A DNA stretch of 64,000 nt from Squalus acanthias (Eukaryota): positions 29,390,001 to 29,454,000 of the forward strand of contig CM059433.1 of the NCBI GenBank assembly GCA_030390025.1. Reading direction: 5' to 3'. The position numbers and the translations under genes are program-made. Position 1 is the stretch's first letter; each line of letters opens with the position of its first letter. The notes beneath the pieces were generated by a model. It had not been told where the DNA came from. It was given only the letters and a program-made list of their open reading frames with translations, and ran no database searches. Below are positions 1 through 12,587 of the stretch, piece after piece.

Positions 1-1221
1 CTGAGATGGGCGTCTCATCCCCTGCACAACCGCAGGAGCAGCAGACTGTTGCCGAGTCCTCACAGGTTCGCAACCCCAGAGGACGGCCGCCAAAGGTGTC
101 GAGACAGGAGCAGCAAGAAAGTGAGCAAGGGGCCTCCACATCTGCTGAAGCCACAGGGGAAGCACCACGTAGGAGCACGCGTACGAGGAAGATAATGCAC
201 AAGTAGTCACAAGGGTAGTCACTTGGGTGTTATGTTGTGTTTATTTTTGAAATGCCACCAGTTGCTTGTTGTGATAAAAAAATTCTGATGGCAAACTGTT
301 GAAGTTGTGGCCTGTGTCATTTCGCAAATGGGATTTCCACATTGAGGGCTTAGAGCGACTTGCAATTGTCAGTATGGTGGTCAGAGTGATAGGAATCCGC
401 AGGTTCTTGTCCATTGTCGATGCTCTGTTAAGAAGGTGCGAGGCAAAAGTGTTTGATTGTACAGTCTAAGCAAATGTGACCAACATGAGTGCATCCCTTG
501 CATCCCGGGCAGCAATATGGTCGCGCTCTGGCGACTTCTGGCCTGTGCATCTTCAGGTGGATGACTAGCAACTTGGCGCTCCTGTTGCTGCTCCTGCTGT
601 TGGTGCTGCTGTTGCTCATGGTTCTGCTGCTGCCGTGGCTGGTCTTCATCCGAATCTGATGTCCGGGAGGAAAGGAATTAAATGGTTCCCATGCTTCTGG
701 TATATGCCTCAGTTGAGGAGGCGCTCAGTCAAGGTGGGGAGAGGGGTTTCCCAGAAGGTCACACTGGAGATGGGTGTCAGGCTCCAAGCTTCCACAACAC
801 TGAGTATGCCTGCTAAAAGTTCCCCCAGACCTGAAACAACAAAGTTCTGCTACCTGCAAATGATCATTGGTGAAAACTCCTTTGTAATGGTGGGGCTGCA
901 GCTGTTCGTAAGCAATCCACTTGTGAGGCCGCCAGCATTACCTGGCGTGTTCCAGAGGAGGCGTGAGGGATGGGGGGAATGACTAAAAATCGGAAAGGCC
1001 TCTCAAAATGGGATTATAGAGGCTATTAAGTGGTTGTTAAAGGCCTTAAGGGCCTATCCCACCTCTTGGAGGCGGGATGGAAAGGGGGTCAGAAAACACG
1101 CTTTTGGGAAAATTGCTCGGAGGCGGGATGGAGGTGGGATCGGGCCCGCCCGCCATTTTTGGCGATTTTAACAACTCACACGCTCCAATCCCGCCTCCTC
1201 GGGCCTGGCAAAATTGAGCCC
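1..1221 (-). mobile_element. Harbinger DNA transposon copy A; defective, transposase core deleted, other end outside window
   Basis: 6..206(+) matches the C-terminus of the Myb/SANT partner at 22106-22310. On the minus strand the Q-rich transposase N-terminus (~694-530) joins directly to its C-terminal codons (~525-466). The end CAAAATTGAGCCC at 1209-1221 resembles the TIR of copy B. Confidence 0.88.
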
Positions 1222-2377
1222 TTTGTGTTCTCCTCACAGCTTACTGTCCCACCTAGCTTTGTATCATCAGCAAACTTGGATACATACATTCCCTTCATCT
1301 AGGTCATTAATATAGATTGTAAATAGCTGAGGCCCCAACACTGAGCCTTGCAGCACCCCACAACTTACAGCCTGCCAACCTGAAAAAGATCTGTTTTCTG
1401 TCCATTAACCAATCCTTTATCCATGCTACTATATTACCCCCAACCCCATGAGCCCTAATCTTGTGTAATAACCTTTTATGTGGCACCTTATCGAATGCCT
1501 TTTGGAAATCCAAATATACTACATCCACTGGTTTTCCTTTATCTACCCTGCTAGTTACATCCTCAAAAAACTCTAATAAATTTGTAAAACACGATTTCCC
1601 TTTCATAAAACCATGTTGACTCTGCCTAATCATGTTCTGATTTTCTAAGTGATTTTCCCGACGACTGATGTCAGGCTAACTGGCCTGTAGTTCCCTGTTT
1701 TTTCTCTCCCTCCTTTCTTAAATAGTGTTGTTACATTTGCGACCTTCCAATCCGCTGGGACCATTCCAGAATCTAAGGAATTTTGTATACACTCTAAGAA
1801 CTCTTCCTCAAGTCTACCTATGCCAATTTGCTTTGTCCAATTAATATGAAGATTAAAATCTCCCATGATTATAGCCATATCTTTCTTACAAGCCTCTATT
1901 ATTTCTTGATTTATTCTCTGTCCTACAGTGTGGCTACTGTTTGGGGGCCTGTAGACCACTCCCACCAGTGACTTTTTACCCTTATTATTTCTTATCTCCA
2001 CCCAAACTGATTCTACGTCTTGATCTTCTAGGCCAATATCATTTCTCATTACTACACTGATCTCATCCCTTATTAGCAGAGCTACACCACCTCCTTTTCC
2101 TTTCTGCCTATCCTTATGAAATGGCAAATACCCTGAATATTCAGTTCCCAGCCTTGGTCACCTTGCAACCACGTCTCTGTAATGGCTATCAGATCATAAC
2201 CATTTATTTCTATTTGTGCCGTCAACTCATCTGTCTTGTTATGAATGCTGCGTGCGTTCAGATGTAGAGCTTTTAATTTTGTCTTTTTACCATTTTTCCC
2301 GACTCTGACCCCTCTTTCTGATGCACTCTTATGTGTATACGCTCTGTCCCTTCCTGTCACACTCTGGTTATCATTAT
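1222..2377 (-). mobile_element. CR1-type LINE ORF2 fragment (endonuclease plus RT) with internal deletions
   Basis: Peptides include LNARSIHNK..IAITETWL, VGVVYRPP, IMGDFN (APE endonuclease) and NYRPVSLTS, QHGF, VYLDFQKAFDKVPH (RT). Right boundary approximate. Confidence 0.92.
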
Positions 2378-2465
2378 CATGATAGAAATTGCTCAAGCTT
2401 CCAGAGATGAAAGGAATAAAAGGTTCTTAATGAGCAAGCAGCTGAAGAAGGGCAAATTCGTGACA

Positions 2466-2910
2466 TCAACAACTTGCATTTATATACCACCTTTAACATA
2501 GTAAAACATCCTAAGGCGCTTCACAGGAGCGAACTGAGACTAAAATTTACACCGGGCCACATAAAGAGATATTAGGACATGTGATCAAAAGCTTGGTTAA
2601 AGAGTTAGGCTTTAAGGAGTATCTTAAAGGAGGAGAGGCGGAGAGGTTTAGGGAGGGAATTCCTTAGTGCTCAAGCAGATGAAGGCACAACCGCCAATGG
2701 TGGAGCAATTAAAATCGGGGATGCGCAAGATGCCAGAATTGGAGAGTACTGAGATCGTGGAGGGTTGTAGGGCTGGAGGAGGTTACAGAGATAGGGAGGG
2801 GTGAGGGATTTTAAAATCGAGACGTTACCAAACTGAGAGCCAATGTAGGTCAGCGAGCACAGGGGTGATGGGTGAACGGGACTTGGTGCGAGTTAGGATA
2901 CAGGCAGCAT
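2466..2910 (-). mobile_element. L2-type LINE 3' end
   Basis: Reverse complement of the tail ...TATATAAATGCAAGTTGTTG. Homologous to 6430-6630 plus 10780-10857. Boundaries approximate. Confidence 0.7.
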
Positions 2911-3204
2911 AAGCACTAACTTTATTAGACAATTACATTTTTGGATTCTCGTTTGTTTATATCTGTGGTTACCGAGGCAGAATTAAAATCAATGCAAACA
3001 CATATTTATCTATTGTGAGGTTAATTTATCCAAAAATCAATGTACAATTTCTGTTGCTTTACAAAAACAAATCGCATTCTCGGCAACAACATTTTCAACA
3101 GATGAAGCATAAACTCATCTGTTTTATTTCTAGTAAATTCTTCGATTCTGTTTACGAATTTGATAATACCTCGATAGAAGCAACATGACAAAACCTTTTT
3201 TAAA

Positions 3205-3652
3205 AGAAAAAAAGACTTGCATTTATATAGCGCCTTTCACGACCACCGGACATCTCAAAGCACTTTACAGCCAATGACGTACTTTTGAAGTGGAGTCACT
3301 GTTGTAATGTGGGAAATGTGGCAGCCAATTTGCGCACAGCAAGCTCCCACAAACAGCAATGTGATAATGACCAGATAATCTGTTTTTTGTTATGTTGATT
3401 GAGGGATAAATATTGGCCAGGACACCGGGGATAACTCCCCTGCTCTTCTTCGAAATAGTGCAATGGGATCTTTTACGTCCACCTGAGAGAGCAGATGGGG
3501 CCTCAGTTTAACGTCTCATCCGAAAGACAGCACCTCCGACAATGCAGCGCTCCCTCAGCACTGCACTGGAGTGTCAGCCTAGATTTATGTGCTCAAGTCC
3601 CAGGAATGGGACTTGAAGCCACAACCTTCTGACTCAGAGGTGAGTGTGCTAC
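3205..3652 (-). mobile_element. tRNA-derived SINE, DeuSINE/SacSINE1-like, near full length
   Basis: tRNA-like head at ~3652-3597 (CTGAGTCAGAAGGTTGTGGCTTCAAGTCCC, B-box-like), a central body repeated at 14320-15450, and an L2-like tail GGCGCTATATAAATGCAAGTCTTT. Family name from recall. Confidence 0.75.
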
Positions 3653-3714
3653 TAAAATAAAATGTATATTATTATTGGTGCAAACAATGATAGATATCTC
3701 GCGAGTCACATCTT

Positions 3715-4580
3715 TTAGATTCATTCATGGGATGTGGGCATTGCTGATAGGGCCAGCATTTATTGCCCATCTTGAACCGCTGCATTCCGTGTGGTGAAGA
3801 TACTCCCACAGTGCTGTTAGGGAGGGAGTTCCAGGATTTTGACCCAGCGACAATGAAAGATCGACGATATATTTCCAATTCAGGATGGTGTGTGACTTGG
3901 AGGGGAACTTGGAGGTGGTGGTGTTCCCATGCGCCTGCTGCCCTTGTTATTCTAGGTGGTAGAGGTTGCGGGTTTGGGAGGTGCTGCTGAAGAAACCTTG
4001 ACGAGTTGCTGCAGTGCATCTTATAGATGGTACACACTGCAGCCACGGTACGCCGGTGGTGGAGGGAGTGAATGTTTAAGGTGGTGGATGGTGTGCCAAT
4101 CAAGCGGGCTGCTTTGTCCTGGATGATGTCAAGCTTCTTGAGTGTTGTTGGAGCTTCACTCATCCAGGCAAGTGGAGAATATTCCATCACACTCCTTACT
4201 TGTGCCTTGTAGATGGTGGAAAGGCTTTGGAGATTCAGGAGGTGAGACACTCGCCTCAGAAAACCCAGCCTCTGACCTGCTCTTGTAGCCACAGTCCTTG
4301 TGTGGCTGTTCCAGTTAAGTTTCTTGTCAATGTTGACCCCTAGGATGTTGCTGTTGGGGGATTCAGCGATGGTAATGCCGTTGTATGTCAAGGGGAGATG
4401 GTTAGTCTGTCTCTTGGTGGAGATAGCCATTGCCTAGCACTTGTGTGGCGCGAATGTCACTTGCCACTTATCAGCCCAAGCCCGAATGTCATCCAGTTCT
4501 TGCTGCATGCGTGCATTGACTGATTCATTATCTGAGGAGTTGCGAATGGAACTGAACACTGTGCAATCATCAGCAAACAT
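3715..4580 (-). mobile_element. 5'-truncated CR1/L2-group LINE (RT C-terminus plus 3' UTR), called family X here
   Basis: ORF 3672..4430 has ILGVNIDKKLNW, IYKAQVRSVMEY, LDIIQDKAARLI. Highly similar to 11246-11897 and 15743-16375. Confidence 0.85.
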
Positions 4581-4627
4581 AGGCTTGTATTAAGTGCATA
4601 CCAAAGCATGGAATGAAAAATGTGTAT

Positions 4628-6090
4628 ATAGAGTCATAACGGCACAGAAGGAGGCCATTCGGCCCATCGAGTCCGTCCCCGCTCTCTGTAGAGCATTCCA
4701 GTCAGCCCCATTCCCCGTAGCCTTGCAAGTTTATTTCCCAAAAGTGCCTATCCAGTCTCCCCTTGAAAACATTGAGTGTCTCCGCTTCCATCACTTCAGT
4801 CGGCAGCGAATTCCAGGTCATCACCACTCGCTGCGTAAAAAAGTTTTTCCTCACGGCCCCCCTGTATCTCTTGCCCAAAATCTTAAATCTGTGTCCCCTA
4901 GTCCTTGTACCATCAACTAGTGGGAACAACCTTTCCCCGTCTAGCCTATCCAAACCCATCATAATCTTGTACACCTCTATCAAATCACCCCTCAACCTCC
5001 TTTGCTCTAATGAAAACAAATCCAGCTTCTCCAACCTGTCCTTGTAGCTAAGATTCCCCATCCCTGGAACCATTCTGGTAAATCTCCTCTGCACCCTCTC
5101 AAGGGCCTTCACATCCTTCCTAAAGTGTGGTGACCAGAACTGGACGCAATACTCCAGTTGTGGCCTAACCAGCGCTTTATAAAGGTTCAACATAACTTCT
5201 CTACTTTTGTACTCAATACCTCTATTTATGAAGCCCAAGATCCCATATGCTTTGTTAACCACTCACTCAATATGTCCTGCCACCTTCAGGGACCTATGCA
5301 CATTAACTCCCAGGTCCCTCTGACCCTGCTCATTCTTTGAAACTGTGCCATTAAGTGTATATTGCCTCTCCCTGTTCCTTCTGCCAAAATGCATCACCTC
5401 ACACTTCTCTGTATTAAATTCCATCTGCCACTTGTCTGCCCATTCTACTAGCCTTTCTGTGTCCTGTTGCAGTCGATTGGTATCATCATCACTGTTTGCC
5501 ACCCCCCCAAGTTTGGTGTCATCGGCAAATTTAGAAATTCTACTCTGTATTCCAATATCCAGGTCATTTATAAAAATCAAAAAAAGCAGTGGCCCCAGCA
5601 CTGACCCTTGGGGAACACCACTGTCTACCATCCTCCAGTCTGAAAAACTGCCATTTACCACAACTCGCTGTTTTATGTCCTTAAGCCAACTCCTTATCCA
5701 AGCTGCCACTGACCCACCTATTCCATGAGCCTCAATTTTGTTAACCAGCCTTCTATGTGGTACTTTGTCAAACGCCTTCTAAAAATCCATTTGGACAACA
5801 TTCATTGCATTCCCTTCATCAATCCTCCCTGTTACTTAATCAAAAAATTCAATTAGATTAGTCAAACACGATCTGTCTTTTACAAATCCGTGTTGGCTCT
5901 CCGTAATCAGTTTAAACCTCTCCAAGTGTCCGTTAATTTTTTCCTTGATTATTGTTTCTAAAACTTTACCCACCACTGATGTTAAACTGACTGTCTGTAG
6001 TTACTAGGATTGTCCTTACACCCTTGAACAATGGTGTCACATTTGCCACTTTCCAATCCTCAGGCACCTCTCCCGCATCTGGGGAAGATT
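4628..6090 (-). mobile_element. 5'-truncated CR1 (HER1-like) LINE, called family Y here
   Basis: [34 protein letters not shown]. One in-frame stop at 5263-5265 (AGA in the sister copy). TATGACTC-type tail at ~4631-4638. Confidence 0.95.
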
Positions 6091-6429
6091 GTCTCAGTGT
6101 ACAACTTTGAATCCTGATTCCAATCGGATCATTTCCCTAACTGTTTGAAATGAGTTAATGAGCACAGCATTGATTGCTCTTGCTGGGAGTCTCCCACATT
6201 GTCACTACTCGGGGGACACAATTATTTTAATCTCTAGTTTCACTTGAGATGTGTTGAGTTTGAACCTGTGTCCTATACTTCAGTGCTCAAAATCTAACAA
6301 GACAACCTGCTTTGCATATACATTATTTATGTCTCTCCACATATGAAATAACTGGATCATGTCTACTCTCACTGAAAACAAGTTCAGTTCTGCAAGTGTC
6401 TATTCATAACTTTATACCCTGCTGTTCAA

Positions 6430-6630
6430 AGTTGCGCTCCTCCAACTCTGGCCTCTTGCGCATCCCCAATTTCCTTCGCTCACTATTGGCGGCCGTGCCT
6501 AGAGCTGCCTAGACCCCAAGCTTTGGAATTCCCTCCCTAAACCTCTCCATCTCTCTACCTCTCCTCCTGTAAGTCGCTCCTTAAGGTCTATCTCTTTGAC
6601 CAAGCTTTTGGTCACCTGCCCTAATATCTA
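6430..6630 (+). mobile_element. L2-type LINE 3' end, left piece (continues at 10780-10857)
   Basis: Matches the reverse complement of ~2575-2780 and resumes after the nested inserts with CTTTATGTGGCTCAGTGTCAAATT. Confidence 0.7.
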
Positions 6631-6703
6631 TTTAATAAAAACAGAAATGCTGGAAATACTCAGCAGGTCAGGCAGCATCTGTGGATAGAGAAACAGAGTT
6701 AAC
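6631..6703. mobile_element. Left arm of a palindromic fold-back repeat (MER6-like or Penelope-end-like); right part at 10654-10779
   Basis: AAATGCTGGAAATACTCAGCAGGTCAGGCAGCATCTGTGGATAGAGAAACAGAGTTA is an imperfect inverted repeat of 10699-10756. Confidence 0.7.
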
Positions 6704-7192
6704 AAGCTAGAAATCCAGCTCCATAATGCCCGATTTTTTGGCGCCACGGGTGCTGTTTTGCGATGAAAATGGCATCCGCGCTGCGCTTGCAAACTTCTGG
6801 TGCGCGCCATGCTGGACGCCATTTTGGTGAGGGCGGTAGGGCACCGTTAGGAGCGTGCACTGGAAATATGTAGAGTAGGCAGATCGTGGCGAGCAATGCT
6901 GATTTGACACCAGCGCTGCCATTTTCGTCCTCAACGCTGAAGCTAAACTTCGCAGAGCTGAACATGCATTGAGCAGCGGGAAGGACCCCCCACCCATGAT
7001 ATTTACAGGGATCAGCAACCACTCTCAGGTTAGTTGCTGATTAATTTCTACTGGCTCTTTGTAAGTTTGTGGAAGTGTTTGGAGATTTCTAGAGTTGTTT
7101 AAAGTTAATGAGGTGACAGGAAGTGGTGCTGCAAGTGGAGAAGGCCTTGCTTCTGACTTCAAGGGTTCTGGTCAGACCACGTGCTCCCAGTC

Positions 7193-8336
7193 ATGGGGGC
7201 TCAAGTTGTCATTCCCTTGGCCTGCAGTATGACAGGGAGAGGGAGCAGAGGCAGCGAAGAAGAGGACAAGCTGCTCACAGAGGGAGGAGGAGGAGGGAGA
7301 GAAGGGCTCTCAGCAGGAGGCCTTACCCACCTAAGGTCTTCCGATAGGAATTCTTTTACCTCAAGCTGAGCTAGGAGCAGTGTGTGAGGCATCTGTGCTT
7401 TACGAAGGAGGTGCTCACAGAACTCTGCCACCTCTTGCAACCTGACCTGCAGCCTCACTCCAGGATACGGACAGCGCTGCCAGTGGCTGTGAAAGTGACC
7501 GTGGCCCTGAATTTCCTCACAGCGGAATTATTCCAGGCTGAAGCAGGCGACATCTGTAACATCTCCCAGTTCACCAACCACTGCTGCATAAGAGAGGTGA
7601 CACAAGCTCTTTATGGCAGGCGGAGTGTGCATGGGGCTTGCCAGGATAGCAGGCTTCCCATGGTGCAGGGCGCCATCGACTGCACACACGTGTCTTTGTG
7701 GGCGCCGTATCTAAATGCTGAGATGTACTGCAAGCGCAAAGGTGAATGTGCAGTTGGTGTGCGATGATGCTCAGCACATCATGGTGGTGACTGCCCTATA
7801 TCTTGGCAGCAGTCATGATGCTTTTATTCTGAGCCAGTCCGCTGTTCCCTCAGTCTTTGACCCACCGTGACAAACCAAAGTGTGGCTACTGGGCGACAAG
7901 GGCTATCCGCTGACCACCTGGCTCATGACTCCGCTGCGCATCCCACGCACACGTGGGCAGCATGCATACAATGAGAGGCATGCTGCCACACAGCATCTCA
8001 TAGAGCAGATCATTGGCGTCCTTAAACAACGCTTCCGCTTCCTGGACTGCTCTGGAGGAGCTCTGCAGTACTCACCAGAACGCATCTCAAGACTTGTCAT
8101 CGTCTGCTGCATGCTCCACAACCTCGCCATCATGAGGGCCCAACCCTTGCCACCAAGCATACGGTGACCAGCTGAGGAAGAGGAGAAGGAGGAAGAGGAG
8201 GAGGAGGAAGTGGAAGAGAAGGAGGAGGAAGCGGAAGGAAGTGGAAAAGGAGGAAGCGGAAGGGAGGAGGCAACCCAGGCAGCCCCTTTCTGCCCAGGCT
8301 GTCCGTGATCGACTCATCCAACTGCGGCACCAGTGA
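7193..8336 (+). pseudogene. Harbinger (HARBI1-like) DDE transposase, frameshifted
   Basis: [34 protein letters not shown] and [16 protein letters not shown] lie in different frames with stops; acidic tail. Confidence 0.9.
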
Positions 8337-8504
8337 ACGCAACCCCAATTCCCCATTCAACAATAGTCCCACACCTTCCCTTCCCTCTGTTACTGACCAT
8401 CACAGCATCCTCTTGGCCACAATGCTGAAATAAAAGCCACCACAAGGAAACATTCCAATCCAACTTTATCCATCAATCCATCCAACATAACCTAACCAAG
8501 TCAA

Positions 8505-10339
8505 CTAATCAGCCTTGTGCATTCCCTTAGTGTCTGTCTTCAGTGTGCCTTTGTCTGTCCAAGTGCTCGTACGAAGCGCTACCCCAGTGGTTGCAGCATG
8601 GCTGGTGGAAGGCTGCTGACTTTCAGTGGGGGAGACTGCAGATGACCTTGCAGGATGACCTTGAGTAGCTCTGGGCCGAGAAGGCCCAGCTGTAGACTGC
8701 ACCATCTCGGCATGGGCAGTAGCAGTCTGGGCTGGCTGGCTGACAGACAACAGCAAGGGCACTGGCGGAGTGACGGTGGGAGGATGAATGCTGCCATCCT
8801 GAGAGGGTACAACAGGTTTGTGCTCCAAGGAGCCACTGCCATGCCCCTGGGGCGGTGCCTGAACAGTCCTAGTAATCTGTTGGAGGACAGATTGCTGGAC
8901 TGCTGTGACACCCTGCAAGCCCCTTTCCACACTGGTAAACCCAGCCATGATGGCAGCAGTCTGAGCTGCGTGGCAGCCAGCTGAGCCTGCATGAGAGCGG
9001 TCTGAGCTTGCATGACAGAAGTCTGAGCTTCCACTGCAGCACTCAGACGTTGGGTGGCTTCTGCTTGTGTTGTCGATCGCTTCCATGCTGGAAATCATGG
9101 GCTCCAGACTCTGTGCAAATCCCTGTGCAAGGTTGGTGCCGGAATCTTCCATGATCCTCAACATTGCACTCAGGCTTTCTGGCAGGCCTGCCAATGCACC
9201 AAGCATTTCATTGTGCAAACCCATCAGTGTTCTGCTGAAGGCCAGCCCATCAAATTCTTCATCTGAGTCCTCTGCAGTAGAACTCGTGTGCGACCTCGCC
9301 CTCTGGGGAGCTGGCATCTGCGCTACCCTTTCCCCCTGCCCTGGCTGCAGGTGTCTCACCATGTACAGATCCCACCCCTAACCTATCTTCTAAACTAAGC
9401 GAAGTGTCCAGTATCTGAGCTGGTGGTTGCGAGTGTGAAATCGAGTGAACATGCTCTCGTTCATCATCAGTGCCTTGGTGTTCTTCTCTTTCATGATCCA
9501 CCACCAGCGCCGAGCCAGGTGTCATTTCTTGGCTATCTGAAAGGAGAAAGGTACAAGGGTAAGGTTGTGGTGAGGGGAGGGGGTGAAAGCAAGAGGTGCA
9601 TGCTTACACCATGTGCACCTTGTAAATCAGAAGAGATTGTGGGATGAGGGGGAAGTGGAATGTGAGAAGGAGGATTACGTATGAGGATACTGGCATCTTG
9701 TATTCTTTGAGCCCTGCCGCTAGCCATGGGCTGAACTAGCACCGTCCTCTCCATGGGGGTGAGGTGATGCAGGCACGCCTGTCCCCCACCAGTTAGGTCC
9801 TGCTGGCACCGGTTGTGAGCCACCTCTTCCTTCAAGAGAAAGGGAAGTGTGTCAGTGAGTGTGGTACATTGTGTTTGAGTGATATACCTGTCATGGTTGA
9901 ATAGCTGACAGTGTGTGCAAGCTGCGAGATGTGCATGTGAGACTTGCAGCAGTGGTAAGTGTGTGAGGGTGAGGTGAAGCTATGAATGTGAGGTATGAGT
10001 CGTGATTGGTAGAGATTGTTGGTAGATGAGTGATGGGGATGTGGCGCATTGAGCATTATGTGAGGATAATGGTGCAGGTGGTGGGATATGGCATTTGAAG
10101 ATGAATTCACTGACCTTGACCACTCGTGTGAGGTCATTAAACTTCTTCCTTCACTGCATCCAGGTCCTCGGGGCTACACTGCTGGCATTCATCACACCAG
10201 CTCCCATTGGATTTTAGACATTTGCCTGGAGGGCCTCCTGTGGAAACAGGATGGCTTTCCTTGAGTTGACCTCCTGCACCAAGGCCTTCAGTGCTGCATC
10301 GGAAAACATTGGCGTATGCGCTCTCCCTTGTTGCGACAT
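8505..10339 (-). pseudogene. Harbinger Myb/SANT-like partner gene, three exons, decayed
   Basis: Exon 1 reads MSQQGRAHTPMFSDAALKALVQEV..., then ..KKFNDLTRVVK|gtcagt (ends ~10115). Exon 2 reads EEVAHNR..LTGGG (~9830-9680). A long low-complexity last exon ends at 8505. Confidence 0.75.
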
Positions 10340-10653
10340 AATTGTTATTTTTCCTCCTCTCACTCTCTTCCCCATCCAGTTTAATGATCTGCTGCAGGCA
10401 GAATGCACCTCCCCTTTAAGAGGTGCAGACTGCCTTTAAGAAGTGCAGGCTAGCTTTAATTGGTGCTAGCCTTGCACGAACTTGGGCCCCCTGCTGAGCG
10501 TTCAGCCACTCAGCAGCACGTTGAGTGCTGGGCTGAACCCTGCAATCATGCTAATCAGCAGGCAGCATGAAGTTTGCCTGCTGCCTGCATTCCTTTGACT
10601 GGGCGCTGGGTGATCCCTGCACTCGTTTTTGTGGGCGAATGAATTTCTAGGCC

Positions 10654-10779
10654 AACGTTTCAGGTCGATGACCTTTCATCAGAAAAGATCTGAAACAGTA
10701 ACTCTGTTTCTCTCTCCACAGATGCTACCTGACTCACTGAGTATTTGCAGCATTTTCAGATTGCCAGCATCGCAGTATT
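10654..10779. mobile_element. Right part of the fold-back repeat split by Harbinger C
   Basis: GTTTCAGGTCGATGACC...CTGAAACAGTAACTCTGTTTCTCTCTCCACAGATGCT pairs with 6645-6703. Confidence 0.7.
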
Positions 10780-10857
10780 TCTTTATGTGGCTCAGTGTCA
10801 AATTTTGTTTGATTACACTCCTGTGAAGCGCCTTGGGAAATGCAAGTTGTTGTTGTT
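10780..10857 (+). mobile_element. L2-type LINE 3' terminus, right piece
   Basis: CTCCTGTGAAGCGCCTTGGG...AATGCAAGTTGTTGTTGTT tail. Confidence 0.65.
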
Positions 10858-11245
10858 CTCAGAACCCTCTTCAGTGCATCAATGCCTTTACAGGAAAAAT
10901 TCATGTATTCCTGTAGCTTTTGGATCCTACGTTAGTCATAGGTGTAGATGTGCATTGAGGAATATTTTGAGAGGAATCTGTGTGGGACTATTTAAATGAG
11001 GAAATCTTTTTCTTTGTCCAATTTCCTCTGAGTGCCTAGCCCATGCTGTGACTAGTTGTAAGATTATTTTCTGCAGTCTTTGTAAACTGTGGGCCTGTTT
11101 TTAGCTCGGGTGCTGTCCCACTCTTCCTTATCATTTTCCTCTTCCTTGGTTGAGGGGAGACCTGTCCTCTCATACTCTTCCATTGTACTTTGACTCGTTG
11201 GTCAAAGCCACCCTTTAGATGTTCTAGAGATGAGATGGCCATGGT

Positions 11246-11897
11246 TGTTTTTTGTTATTCGTTTATGGGATGTGGGCATCGTGGTAAGGCCAGCATTTAT
11301 TGCCCATCCCTAGTTGCCCTTGAGAAGGTGGTGGTGAGCTGCCTTCTTGAACCGCTGCAGTCCGTGTGGTGAAGGTACTCCCACAGTGCTGTTAGGGAGG
11401 GAGTTCCAGGATTTTGACCCAGCGACGATGAAGGATCGGCGATATACTTCTAAGTCAGGATGGTGTGTGACTTGGAGGGGAACTTAGAGGTGGTGGTGTT
11501 CCCATGCGCCTGCTGCCCTTGTCCTTCTAGGTGAAAGAGGTCACGGGTTTGGGAGGTGCTGCCGAAGAAGCCTTGGTGAGTTGCTGCAGTGCATCTTGTA
11601 GATGGTACACACTGCAGCCACGGTACGCCGGTGGTGGAGGGAGTGAATGTTTAAGGTGGTAGATGGGGTGCCAATCAAGTGGGCTGCTTTGTCCTGGATG
11701 GTGTCGAGCTTCTTGAGTGTTGTTGGAGCTGCACTCATCCAGGCAAGTGGCAAGTATTCCATCACACTCCTGACTTGTGCCTTGTAGATGGTAGAAAGGC
11801 TTTGGGTAGTCAGGAGGTGAGACACTCGCTGCAGAATACCTCGCCTCTGACCTGCTCTTGTTGCTACAGTATTTATGTGGCTGGTCCAGTTAAGTTT
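11246..11897 (-). mobile_element. LINE family X, 3' fragment
   Basis: ORF 11541..11825 is nearly identical to the peptides at 3715-4580 and 15743-16078. Confidence 0.85.
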
Positions 11898-12587
11898 ATG
11901 TTAGTGCTGCTTCAACTCTGGTCAAAACAGAAGTAACTAATTTCATTATCCGACAATAAGCATTATATTAAAATGCCAAACAACATACTTAAATTCTCAA
12001 TACATGTCCTGATTGTGTGGTTACCAATATTGTTCTTGACATATGCTTTAGTGCTGATTGCAGTGTCTGTGGCCTTGATTAAATCAATTAATTCCTGTCT
12101 CTGCATTTTAATAGACTGCTGCCAATTTCTTTTGCCAAGCATAATTGATTACCATGTACGTTGTGAGATCATATCACTTTTTGCCAATGAGCACTGTAAA
12201 GCAGCAACACTATAAGTGACTATCCACTCTGGTGACCATAATCAGAATAGATAAAAATGGAACAATCTTCCTCCAGTTCCAATCCTCACTGACAGGTGTT
12301 TGGGGGCAGGAAGGATCACCAAACTGGCACCTATCACTATCTGCCTTCCTGATCTAGTTTAGTATTGTGACATTTACCTCCTGATTTTAATTTTATTTGC
12401 ACTTTCTCCTGTTTCCATTGCCAACGATGCTGATTGATGCATGGATTGTCATCCACCCTCCGATAGCCATTCTTCCTGTGTGAGACTGGACAGTATCCTC
12501 TTGGGGCGCATACCCAATTTTTGGGGTGTAAATCGGGCGAGCCCGGGTGGAAAGGTGGGTGGTGATCTGTTATCTCTGCCCACTTAA

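Larger units (their letters stand above)
6704..10653 (+). mobile_element. Harbinger DNA transposon copy C (second family), full length but decayed
   Basis: 3-bp duplication AAC at 6701-6703 and 10654-10656. Imperfect TIRs AAGCTAGAAATCC / GAATTTCTAGGCC. Convergent transposase and Myb/SANT pseudogenes inside. Confidence 0.88.

Noticed and set aside
3597..3652. tRNA gene (also 15575-15650)
   Set aside because: tRNA-like SINE head continuous with the SINE body; no complete cloverleaf seen.
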